Positions 19,307 through 28,370 of a DNA stretch of 64,000 nt are shown piece by piece (within the stretch, counting starts at the first letter, position 1; every line of letters starts with the position of its first letter). The stretch is from Promethearchaeota archaeon (GTDB lineage: Archaea > Asgardarchaeota > Lokiarchaeia > Sigyniarchaeales > SOKP01), in assembly GCA_019057795.1 (NCBI GenBank), contig JAHLWS010000038.1:1-64000 (forward strand), in the 5' to 3' direction. The position numbers and the translations under genes were made by a program. Under the pieces are notes generated by a model. It searched no databases and was not told where the DNA came from. It saw only the letters and a program-made list of their open reading frames with translations.

Positions 19307-19505
19307 TTTTCCAAAAACCCAGTGTTATTAGAGGTTATCTCTAATTATCTCTAACTATATAGCTTATAAATTACGAGCTTATAAATTATTTTTTTTACAT
19401 AAAATTCTAAATGTATTACAAAAAATCTTTATACGAACTGCGAACTTTTACTTTTTTATTTTAAGAAATTTTAGACTCAAATCTATTGGTTTCCGCTCGT
19501 TTCTT

Positions 19506-20000
19506 TTATAAGAAATCTTTCAGATCTTTTGTTTTGCAATATTTCTCAATATTCCTCATCATTTCGGTAATCTTTTTTTGAAGTGTAAGATTTGCAACAC
19601 TGCCTATCAAACTGATGAAATCGCCACTTAAAGCAAACTTCTCCACAAAGACTCCTAGTTTAGTTTTAGTAGGAGATAAGGCCTTAATTCGCAAACGACC
19701 TTCTAAATTTTTGATATCTTTATTATTTCTAACGTTAAATTCGACTAATCGCCCCTTTCCTTCAATTTCACCTTTGTCTGAAAGCACTAATTCACCTTCC
19801 ATCTCAATTTGAACGTGAATTACATCTATCTCGTCGTAAATTTTCGTATACAACACATTGGGTGCTATAAATTTGGCTTCCATTTTCTTAGACGGGTTAA
19901 TAGCATCCCAAAATTCTGCTTTGTATAGTACCTGAGAAAGGATATCCTTATTGCAATTGTCAATTTCTAAAACTTTTGTAATTTTAGCCATTATTAACAC
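19506..20000 (-). CDS. hypothetical protein (possible SRPBCC/CoxG-like fold)
   Basis: Beta-rich body and a long C-terminal helix; the fold call is inference. Confidence 0.55.
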   Translation of the reverse strand: MLIMAKITKVLEIDNCNKDILSQVLYKAEFWDAINPSKKMEAKFIAPNVLYTKIYDEIDVIHVQIEMEGELVLSDKGEIEGKGRLVEFNVRNNKDIKNLEGRLRIKALSPTKTKLGVFVEKFALSGDFISLIGSVANLTLQKKITEMMRNIEKYCKTKDLKDFL

Positions 20001-20196
20001 ACATATATCTATTTCGTATGATTTTCTAATACATCGAAAGTTTATATTCTTTTATAATACTAAAATAGAGTCAAGAAAGTTAACCTAAGCCTTCTAAGAT
20101 TACTTAATAAAAATCGTAAGTAATACTAATAAAAAGAGCTTGAAGCAAGTTTTTTCCATAAATTAGTTGTCTCGAAACAATCTACTTTTTTCTATA

Positions 20197-20403
20197 TTAA
20201 TTATCTCGGAAAATTCTTGACTTTTCTTCATCTCGTTCCTCTTTGCAGTTAGGACAAATCCATGTGGTATCGTTCTTTTTTACAGAATTTAAGCAAACAT
20301 CGCAAACAGTGATATCGCATATGCAATAATGGCATTTATCTAATATATCATCACAATTCTTCCCGCATATGTAACAATTAGGAGGGCTTTTGGTTTTGGA
20401 CAT
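20197..20403 (-). CDS. stand-alone C4C4 RING-type zinc finger
   Basis: C-x2-C-x13-C-x-C-x4-C-x2-C-x12-C-x2-C. Confidence 0.75.
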   Translation of the reverse strand: MSKTKSPPNCYICGKNCDDILDKCHYCICDITVCDVCLNSVKKNDTTWICPNCKEERDEEKSRIFRDN

Positions 20404-20503
20404 TTCTAGGTTATATTTTAAATTCTTTTATTTATTATAATATTCATTATTATGATTATTATTAATTAAATTTAACAAAATTATTTTTAGCAAAATTAGC
20501 AAA

Positions 20504-20689
20504 ATGGATAAACTAAAATCGGGAGTTCAATTGCTTTCGCTTTTTATAATTTTTTTTATATATAAGGTTATAGCGGCTATTATTGATAACAATTTCTCTG
20601 AATTCGTTCTATGGTTTATGTTTTCTATTGTTTATGCTATATCTCTTACGATCTTATATTTTGTTTTTAAAAAAAGGCACTTATTATAG
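20504..20689 (+). CDS. small two-TM membrane protein
   Basis: Two hydrophobic segments and a basic C-terminal tail. Confidence 0.6.
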   Translation: MDKLKSGVQLLSLFIIFFIYKVIAAIIDNNFSEFVLWFMFSIVYAISLTILYFVFKKRHLL

Positions 20690-20748
20690 TTTAATTAATT
20701 TTGACTTAGAAAATAAATAAATTCCTAAACTTCTTTGAAATGTTTCGT

Positions 20749-21027
20749 TCATTTCTTTATCTTTTTTTTAAAAATATCCGGAATTAAACCATTAATCCCA
20801 AGACGGTTCAAAATAGTATCACTAATATCGATTTTAACTTTCATATCTTGCATAGCTTTTAATGTTTCTCCTAACATTTTGGAAAAACTTTCGTTCATTT
20901 CTTTAATAGTATCTGAAGTCAATTTAAGAGATTCTCGAATAGCAAGATTTGTCTCGTGTAACTCTGAAGTCATTTTTTCCATACTAACCCTCATTTCTGA
21001 AATCTCTTTTTTTATTCCCATTATCAA
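20749..21027 (-). CDS. small coiled-coil hypothetical protein
   Basis: Heptad-like helical sequence. Confidence 0.55.
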   Translation of the reverse strand: MIMGIKKEISEMRVSMEKMTSELHETNLAIRESLKLTSDTIKEMNESFSKMLGETLKAMQDMKVKIDISDTILNRLGINGLIPDIFKKKIKK

Positions 21028-21196
21028 TCCAAATCTTAACTTGTTTTATTTTTTTAGTAATTTTATAAAGAATGAAGTACTTAAAGTTTTTATTTAAATA
21101 GACAATAAATCTCGTATAATTATTAATTATAACAAATACTCTTTTAAGATTGCTTAATTATATTCAAAATAACTAATAAAATAAAACTTAATCAAA

Positions 21197-21334
21197 ATGT
21201 CTGAATGGAAATACAAAATTAAAAAACCCGTAGCCGAAGAAGCATTTTGTACTGGCTGAGGCATCATTGACGGAATCATTTCGTGTATATTTAATATAAA
21301 AAAAAAACGCAAAGAAAAAAAAAGTAAAAAATAA
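21197..21334 (+). CDS. micro-ORF 1 with in-frame TGA (candidate selenopeptide, CTGU)
   Basis: MSEWKYKIKKPVAEEAFCTG[TGA 21257-59]GIIDGIISCIFNIKKKRKEKKSKK-TAA; 20 aa if TGA is a stop, 45 aa if read through. Confidence 0.5.
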
Positions 21335-21338
21335 ACAA

Positions 21339-21401
21339 AATCTCGAGGAGTAAAGCAAAAACGTTAGGTTTTATTCCTTAGTTCCGCAAGAACTTGAGAT
21401 T
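21339..21401 (+). ncRNA. three-way-junction RNA element, copy 1
   Basis: P1 AATCTC/GAGATT, P2 GGAGTAAAGC/GTTTTATTCC, P3 AGTTC-CGCAA-GAACT. Confidence 0.7.
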
Positions 21402-21555
21402 AACTCTTACCTTTTTACTTAATATCGATCTTTTTATTATTATAAAAAATCACATAATTGCCCAGTAACTTTATTTTTTATAAACCTCACCCTTAATACT
21501 CCTGATTTTTATAAACTTAACAATAAATTTAATAATTTTATAGTGAGAAAAACAC

Positions 21556-21729
21556 ATGTCAGAAGAAGATGACTTTGATTTTGGATTTGATTTCGGATTT
21601 GATTTTGGATTTGATAACAATTGCTACGAAACTAGTTGATCGTTACTTACTATGTGGTACTTAAGAGCTTTAAAAACACGAAAAACTAAAGAAAAAATGG
21701 AAAAAAACATAAATAATAAAAATCTCTAA
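21556..21729 (+). CDS. micro-ORF 2 with in-frame TGA (candidate selenopeptide)
   Basis: MSEEDDFDFGFDFGFDFGFDNNCYETS[TGA 21637-39]SLLTMWYLRALKTRKTKEKMEKNINNKNL-TAA; 27 aa if TGA is a stop, 57 aa if read through. Confidence 0.5.
21574..21615 (+). repeat. 12-bp tandem repeat encoding (FDFG)3FD
   Basis: TTTGATTTYGGA x3.5, with a synonymous change in the middle unit. Confidence 0.9.
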
Positions 21730-21786
21730 GATTAAGTCGTTAAATGATTGGATTTAATCAATAAGTTCTATGCAAGAACTTGAGAT
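21722..21786 (+). ncRNA. three-way-junction RNA element, copy 2
   Basis: P1 ATCTC/GAGAT, P2 GATTAAGTC/GATTTAATC, P3 AAGTTC-TATGCAA-GAACTT; shares GCAAGAACTTGAGAT exactly with copy 1. Confidence 0.7.
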
Positions 21787-21833
21787 AGAATTTCTTTTTA
21801 CTTTTTTATTTGAAAAACAAACAGAGAAAAACG

Positions 21834-23198
21834 TTAATAGGGTTTTTTTGACCCTTCTCCAATCTTTCTGTAAATAAAACCTTTTTCTTCAACCAATTTC
21901 TTTTCAAATATGTTCCTTCCATCTATAATAATCGGCGTTCTTACTCTCTTCTTTAAATCAGCAAGATCGATATTGTAATATTCTCTGTGATTTGTAGTGA
22001 AAAGCAATACATCAGCATCGGTTACTGCTTTGTTGAAATCTTTGGTTAATTCAGTAAGATTATAATCGCGTGATTTTACATGGGGGTCGTGAGCAATGTA
22101 AACGATATTATGAGAATGATATCTACTTTTTAGAGCTCTAATGATATTTTCGGTCGGGGTATTTCGCGTGTCATCGGTGTTCGCTTTATACGAGACCCCT
22201 AAAAGGGTTATCTTAATATTGTCTACTAACCTATGGGCGTCTCTGAATACATTTTCCATTAACTCGACCATATGATACGGCATATAATCGTTCAAATTTC
22301 TTGAGTTAGAAATTATCTTCATTTTAGATTCGTTAATTTTTTCAGTATATTTATTAAATCCGTACAATAGAAGCCAAGGATCTTTTGTCAGGCAATGTCC
22401 TCCTACGCCTGAACCGGGGGAATGCATCATTCTGTCGTGGCGTTGATTTATTAATTCTATAATTTCGAATATATTTCGATTAAAATCTTCGCTTAATAAC
22501 GCCATTTCGTTTGCAAATGCAATATTTACGTCTCGGTATGCGTTCTCTATGCATTTAGTTAACTCTGCCGTAAGAGTGTCTGTTATCTGAAGTTCTTTTT
22601 TAACGACCTTCCCGTACAAATACATAGCTTTATCGTTTGCCTCTTTACAACCGCCACCAATTACCCTAGGAAAATTTATGATATACTCCAATAACTTACC
22701 GGGCATTACGCGCTCAAACGAGAAAACAAGATAGAAATCCTTACCCCGCTTTAAACCACTTCCTTCTTCTAAAATAGTTTGTACAACATTATCTGTCGTT
22801 CCAGGTGCTACTGTAGATTCAAGTATGACTGTAACACCCTTTTTTATATGTTTTGAAATCTGTTGAGAAACTTCCTTTAATGATTCATACCTTGGGACTC
22901 TCTGGTCGTCTACAGGCGTTTGTACATCAATTAAAATATAATCTGCAACATCAACATCATCATAATTATCAGTAACCTTAAACTTTCCATTTTTTACCAC
23001 CCTTTCAATTAATGCATCTAAGCCAGGCTCATCCCCTTCAAAAGGATTTTTACCCTTATTAAGCCAATCAATTTTCCAACTTGATCTTTGAGACCTTCGT
23101 TGAATACCCGTAACATAGAAATCGTCTACATCAGCTAACAGAGTAGCCATGGGAATACCAACGTATCCCATACCAACAACAACGATATTAGTAGGCAT
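21834..23198 (-). CDS. nucleotide-sugar dehydrogenase (UDP-ManNAc/UDP-GlcNAc dehydrogenase family)
   Basis: VVGMGYVG, ESTVAPG, ENAYRDVNIAFANE, GVGGHCL, YKANTDDTRN. Confidence 0.92.
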   Translation of the reverse strand: MPTNIVVVGMGYVGIPMATLLADVDDFYVTGIQRRSQRSSWKIDWLNKGKNPFEGDEPGLDALIERVVKNGKFKVTDNYDDVDVADYILIDVQTPVDDQRVPRYESLKEVSQQISKHIKKGVTVILESTVAPGTTDNVVQTILEEGSGLKRGKDFYLVFSFERVMPGKLLEYIINFPRVIGGGCKEANDKAMYLYGKVVKKELQITDTLTAELTKCIENAYRDVNIAFANEMALLSEDFNRNIFEIIELINQRHDRMMHSPGSGVGGHCLTKDPWLLLYGFNKYTEKINESKMKIISNSRNLNDYMPYHMVELMENVFRDAHRLVDNIKITLLGVSYKANTDDTRNTPTENIIRALKSRYHSHNIVYIAHDPHVKSRDYNLTELTKDFNKAVTDADVLLFTTNHREYYNIDLADLKKRVRTPIIIDGRNIFEKKLVEEKGFIYRKIGEGSKKPY

Positions 23199-23343
23199 TT
23201 TAATTACTCAAGCTTATTAAAAAATTTGATATTAAATTTATAACTTAAATTCAAAAATAAACCATAATTGAAAAAATTTTATACTTTTCATTAAAAAAAA
23301 AAATAAGAAAATAAAAAAATTATTAAATAATTTCGGATTACGA

Positions 23344-24003
23344 TTATTTTTTCTTTTTCATATATGATGACCCTCTAACGGCTTTAAACATTATTGCTAA
23401 AACGGCACCAGCAACGAAACCTCCCACATGCGCGAAATGTGCCGTTCCTGACATTTCAAGCGCAAAAAATGCGTAAGTCAATTCGGCAATAAAATAAGTT
23501 GCTATAAAGTATCCCGCAGAGACAGCTCTCGTTGATCCTAACAATAAGAATTTATTTGAAGGATATAGTATCATATAAACTGCCATAAGCCCAAATATCG
23601 CTCCAGAAGCACCTAATGAGGGAATACTAGATAACATCGGACCCCATATGGGAATCATTGTGCTGACTGCATGTGCCAGCGAACCGACGAGTCCAGAAAC
23701 AAGATAAGTTATTAAGTAGAAGGTATGCCCCATTGCGTGCTCACAATTGTCAGTTATTACAATGAAAAACCACATGTTCATAATTATATGCATAATATCT
23801 CCGTGCATAAACATTGAGGTAAATATCGTCCATACTTTTTCTCCAGCAAAAAATTCAGCTGGAACAAAAGCATATTCAATGTGCATCTGTCCCGTAGGAT
23901 CCAATATTTGCCATATGAAAACTAGAATATTAGCAACTAAGATAATAACCGAGAAAAATTGCTTCATAAAAGAAATTTTATCGTTTGACGCTTCGAATAC
24001 CAA
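23344..24003 (-). CDS. rhomboid intramembrane serine protease
   Basis: FMHGDIMH..NM, GASGAIFG, AHFAHVGG. Confidence 0.95.
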   Translation of the reverse strand: MVFEASNDKISFMKQFFSVIILVANILVFIWQILDPTGQMHIEYAFVPAEFFAGEKVWTIFTSMFMHGDIMHIIMNMWFFIVITDNCEHAMGHTFYLITYLVSGLVGSLAHAVSTMIPIWGPMLSSIPSLGASGAIFGLMAVYMILYPSNKFLLLGSTRAVSAGYFIATYFIAELTYAFFALEMSGTAHFAHVGGFVAGAVLAIMFKAVRGSSYMKKKK

Positions 24004-24163
24004 TTTAATTCACACTTCCTATATATTTATAAAGTTTTAAGTGTTTTTGTAGAGTTAGATTTTAATAGTATTTAAGAATTTTTTTGATAATTAATAAATT
24101 TCTATAATTATTAGTAAATTTGGAAATAAAAACATAAAAAATTAAAAAGGGATAACAAGTACT

Positions 24164-25348
24164 ATGCGATTAGGAGAATCTACTTTACGTGGTATTGCAA
24201 AAATCCACCCTGATACGGTAAAGAGGAAGCGAATTTCAAGTTACGACAAGACTGGGGGAAATAACGATTGGATCGATGTTCAACCTGGAGAAAAGGTAAT
24301 AATTGGAAAAGAAGATTGTACTGGGTGTATAACCCATTTATGGTGTACAATAAAATGTAAAGACCGTTATTATTTAAGAAACATTATAATTAGATTGTAT
24401 TGGGACGATGAACAAGACGATAAACCTAGCGTAGAGGTTCCGATTGGGGATTTTTTCGGCTTAGGTCACGCCAAACACAAGAATTTTGTTTCATTGCCAC
24501 TCCAGATGAGTCCACAATCGGGAAAAGGATTCAATTGTTGGTGGCCAATGCCATTTTCAAAAGGTTTTAAAATAACTATAGAAAACGATGCTTCTAAACC
24601 AATGAGATTTTTTTTCTACATAGATTACGAAATCTACGAGGATGGATTCGAAAATGAAAGGGACTATGGAAGATTCCACGCTCTCTGGCACCGCGAAAAT
24701 TATACAGCTCCTAAAAAGAAAGACAGTGAAACGGGAAAAAAGTTTTACAAGGTGAGACCAAAGAAATTCAGTCATAAAGGGTGTAATGTCGATAATCCTC
24801 TTATGGACAATTATAAAATCCTTGAAGCAAAAGGTAAGGGTCAATTTGTTGGATGCCATTTAGATATTGATAATATTACATTTATGCCTTGGTATATTAA
24901 TTGGCCTGGCGAAGGAGACGACATGATATATATCGACGACGATGTTGAAAAAGGCGTACCCACTTTACACGGAACGGGCACAGAAGATTATGTGAACCAA
25001 GCCTGGGCGCAACGCCAAAAGTACTTTGCTCCTTATCACGGCACAATTACAACTGGTGGGATAAACTGGTGGGGTAAAATATCCTATTATAGATATCATA
25101 TTGAAGACCCTATCTATTTCAATAAAAGAATAGTGGTCACAATCGAACACGGGCACGATAACCATCGTAAAGACGATTGGTCGTCAACGGCTTATTGGTA
25201 TCAACGAGAACCACACGACCATACATTATTTCCAAAATTACTAGATAAAAAAGGAAGAAAACCGCGCGTTCATGTTGCTCATATGGTTAGAAAATCTTTT
25301 TGCCTTGTTTTAATCGTAATCGTCCCACTTTTGTGGTTATTTCTTTAA
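24164..25348 (+). CDS. DUF2961 / GH172 family protein with C-terminal membrane anchor
   Basis: SSYDKTGGN, PMPF, WPGEGD, GTGTEDY, SSTAYWYQ and a hydrophobic C-tail. Confidence 0.88.
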   Translation: MRLGESTLRGIAKIHPDTVKRKRISSYDKTGGNNDWIDVQPGEKVIIGKEDCTGCITHLWCTIKCKDRYYLRNIIIRLYWDDEQDDKPSVEVPIGDFFGLGHAKHKNFVSLPLQMSPQSGKGFNCWWPMPFSKGFKITIENDASKPMRFFFYIDYEIYEDGFENERDYGRFHALWHRENYTAPKKKDSETGKKFYKVRPKKFSHKGCNVDNPLMDNYKILEAKGKGQFVGCHLDIDNITFMPWYINWPGEGDDMIYIDDDVEKGVPTLHGTGTEDYVNQAWAQRQKYFAPYHGTITTGGINWWGKISYYRYHIEDPIYFNKRIVVTIEHGHDNHRKDDWSSTAYWYQREPHDHTLFPKLLDKKGRKPRVHVAHMVRKSFCLVLIVIVPLLWLFL

Positions 25349-25451
25349 ATTTTTTTACAAATTGTTTTTTTATGAAGCTAAAAATAAAACGAATGAAAAT
25401 TAAAAGATTTAATATTTTTTAATTAATATCTTATCGTCTGAAGATGATTTA

Positions 25452-26444
25452 TTATATTGGTTCACTAGTCCCACCTATTTTAATAGATGTAGAGGATTTC
25501 TTACCATCCATCGTCTTAATATCTACTTGAAATCTTCCGAGCGCTGATGTTCCAATGAATATCAAAACGATCGCTAAGAAAAATAGAAAATAATTATTGA
25601 ATGTTTGTCTAAAGACTAGGATTCCAGCAATTATCGGTATTGATAAACCAATTGAATCCAATATCGGAAATACTACAGCCATTCTACTTTTTTGGAAAGC
25701 ACTTTGATAAAACGCAAAACTAGCTAAATTACAAATCGCCAAGCCCCACCACCCAATAAAAACCCACAAATGAATGTAATCAAACCAAAATATTCCAAAA
25801 AATATTTCTATTCCAAAATACCAAGTAAGTTGTATGTTTGCTTGCACTATAGCTTGCGCTAGGATGTTCGTGAAGACGCCTCCAAGCGCCAAAAAAAAAG
25901 AACCGGTTAACATAACAAAAAAACCTTCAAATTTCGTTCCTCTTTTCTTTTGAGAAAAAACAAAGCTACCAATAGTTATAGAAAAAGTTATTATCAAAAA
26001 AATTGTTAATGGGATGACCATTTCGTATAAATCAATAGCGACTTCTGAAATTCCTGCTAAAGCAATTAGTATAGGGGAAATTGCTAATAAGGCTATTGCG
26101 AGAAACTCATACCAAGTTACTTTTTCACCTAAAATACGGTTTGCGGCAATAACTACGATGATAATACCCATACTGTTAATTGGCTCTGCGACCATAAATC
26201 CAACTAATCCTATTGACATTATGTACGGAAACCAACCAACTATACCCAAAATAGCGCCCAAAAGCCACCACTTGTTTTTTGCAATTTCTTTAAATGCTTT
26301 TAGTACTCCTACAAATCCTTTATCAAAACGGATTTCTGGACCTTCTCGTAAACCCATCTTCTGGAAGACTAGCGCTAAATTAAACATAGGGGTTGCGATT
26401 AAAACTAAAATAATACCCAATGTGACTGTGTATGTATCAACCAT
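25452..26444 (-). CDS. DMT/NIPA-like membrane transporter
   Basis: ALVFQKMG..KNKWWLLG and ILGEKV patterns; about nine TM segments. Confidence 0.65.
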   Translation of the reverse strand: MVDTYTVTLGIILVLIATPMFNLALVFQKMGLREGPEIRFDKGFVGVLKAFKEIAKNKWWLLGAILGIVGWFPYIMSIGLVGFMVAEPINSMGIIIVVIAANRILGEKVTWYEFLAIALLAISPILIALAGISEVAIDLYEMVIPLTIFLIITFSITIGSFVFSQKKRGTKFEGFFVMLTGSFFLALGGVFTNILAQAIVQANIQLTWYFGIEIFFGIFWFDYIHLWVFIGWWGLAICNLASFAFYQSAFQKSRMAVVFPILDSIGLSIPIIAGILVFRQTFNNYFLFFLAIVLIFIGTSALGRFQVDIKTMDGKKSSTSIKIGGTSEPI

Positions 26445-26563
26445 AAATCCCTAACTCTAATTAAAGGCTTATAATACTTAAGAAAATTATTCATCAATTT
26501 TAATCTTATTTATATAATAAGTATAGATTTCTCGAGAATAATTTTGAAACAATTAAGAAGTAA

Positions 26564-26962
26564 CTAATTAGTTTCTTTTTCTTTTTTTTCAAGTAAATTT
26601 CTTATGTAGTTTATAATTTCGTTTCCGGAAATTGCCTTAACTAAATAACCATCTGCACCGAGTTCTTTACCTTTTTTAATATCTTCAAAAAAGTTTTTCA
26701 CAGTAAAAAGAACTACAAGGATATGCTTAAATTTTTCGTTGGATTTTATGGATTTGAGTACCTCGTACCCATTAAGATTTGGCATCATAATATCTAAAAG
26801 TACTAGTGCGATATCCTCGTGTTTTTCTTCCACGATCTGTAACGCTTCACTTCCATTACTACAAGTAAGAGTTTCGTAATTCTCAAGTTGTAAAAACTTT
26901 TCGGTTAAATTGACGATATCTTCTTCGTCGTCGACTATGAGAATTTTTCTTGCTACTGACAT
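26564..26962 (-). CDS. single-domain response regulator
   Basis: ILIVDD, LLDIMMP, GADGYLVK. Confidence 0.92.
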   Translation of the reverse strand: MSVARKILIVDDEEDIVNLTEKFLQLENYETLTCSNGSEALQIVEEKHEDIALVLLDIMMPNLNGYEVLKSIKSNEKFKHILVVLFTVKNFFEDIKKGKELGADGYLVKAISGNEIINYIRNLLEKKEKETN

Positions 26963-27185
26963 TTAGAACCCAAATTTATGTTAATATAATTTTTAATTCT
27001 AACAAATAAATTGTTTATTTTGTCATTTATAAAGTGTGTATAATTTTAACTAATTTCTTGATAGTATCAAGAAAATTAACTTATAAATATTTATTTAAAA
27101 ATCATTTGATTTTAAGTTGATTAGAACTTTTGAAATAAGTAATTTACAAACTTATATCAGAATTTAATAGTTTTAGTTACACGAT

Positions 27186-27578
27186 TTATCTATTTAAAAC
27201 TTTTTTTACGTAATCACGCAGTTCATTACCCGAAAACGGTTTGGTAATGTATCCATCTGCGCCTAATTCTTTACCTTTTTCAATATCTTCTTTAAAACTC
27301 TTAACTGTGAAAAGGACAACTGGGATATCCTTATAGTCTTCCTTCGATCTTATGGATCGGAGAACCTCAAATCCTGAGAGTCCAGGCATCATTAAATCAA
27401 GGAGTATTAGGGCGACTTCCTCGTGTTTTTCTTCAAGGCCCTTTAAGCATTCTTTCCCGTTGCTACAAGTAAGTGTCTTAAAACTATCAAGTTTTAAAAA
27501 TCTTTCAGTAAGATTGACGATATCTGGCTCATCGTCGCAAATTAGGATAGTATTTTTTTCTGACATGCTAAACCTCAA
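27186..27578 (-). CDS. single-domain response regulator
   Basis: ILICDD, LLDLMMP, GADGYITKPF. Confidence 0.93.
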   Translation of the reverse strand: MRFSMSEKNTILICDDEPDIVNLTERFLKLDSFKTLTCSNGKECLKGLEEKHEEVALILLDLMMPGLSGFEVLRSIRSKEDYKDIPVVLFTVKSFKEDIEKGKELGADGYITKPFSGNELRDYVKKVLNR

Positions 27579-27707
27579 TTGTTTTTAATAAAATAGTATT
27601 TTTTTTTATTTGGTATTTAACTTATTCTTATGACTACATATATATTTTATCTACTTATTTAATAATTTATATGTATACTTTTTAGCATTTTTATATATCG
27701 AAAATTT

Positions 27708-28364
27708 ATGTCAAATCGTGAAAGTACGCCCAAATTTCCAGAGTCCTACATCGGTGATAAAGCAGTAGAATATGATAATTCAACGTGGATGGAAAGAAAT
27801 CAAAAAAAGACAACTTTATTATGTTTACAATATTTACGCGATGATAAGTTGGATAACCTCGGTAACTACAACGTTTTAGATGGTAATCGTTACATTATTG
27901 TGGATTTGGGATGTGGTTCAGGCTTTTCTTCGGAAATCTTAGTGGATAGTGGCCATCGAGTTATTGGTATCGATATTCTAATCGATATGCTCTCGAAAGC
28001 AAAAACTAAAAAAAAAATCTCAGAAAATAAAAAAAATCTAGAGCTAATATTAGCTGATATTAATTATTTACCTTTAAGAAGTGCTTCAATTAATCATATT
28101 ATTTCAATTTCTGCTTACAATTTTATAATTTATGGAACAGAAACAATTCGAGACAAATTTAAAGCTGTTAATAATACAGCAATGTATTTGAAAAAAGTTT
28201 TAAAACGAAAAGGAAGAATAATAATCGAATTTTACCCAAAAGAAGATAATGAATTAGAATTATTTACTTCTTCCTTTAATAATAACGGTTTTGATGGATT
28301 TATGATTAAAAAGAATCCTGCTCAAAAAGCGGGTCAAACTTACTTATTATTAAAAAAGCGGTGA
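27708..28364 (+). CDS. class I SAM methyltransferase, Bud23/WBSCR22-like
   Basis: DLGCGSG, IISISA, EFYPK, and an N-terminus resembling Bud23 (PESY..A.EY..ST). Confidence 0.75.
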   Translation: MSNRESTPKFPESYIGDKAVEYDNSTWMERNQKKTTLLCLQYLRDDKLDNLGNYNVLDGNRYIIVDLGCGSGFSSEILVDSGHRVIGIDILIDMLSKAKTKKKISENKKNLELILADINYLPLRSASINHIISISAYNFIIYGTETIRDKFKAVNNTAMYLKKVLKRKGRIIIEFYPKEDNELELFTSSFNNNGFDGFMIKKNPAQKAGQTYLLLKKR

Positions 28365-28370
28365 GAAGAT

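Noticed and set aside
21197-21786. CRISPR, tRNA or hammerhead interpretation of the repeated element
   Set aside because: Only two copies ~385 bp apart, no cloverleaf or T-loop, no hammerhead core and no cas genes.
26564-27578. tandem orphan response regulators, one with KA instead of KP
   Set aside because: Stand-alone receivers are common in archaea; the phospho-Asp and Lys are intact.
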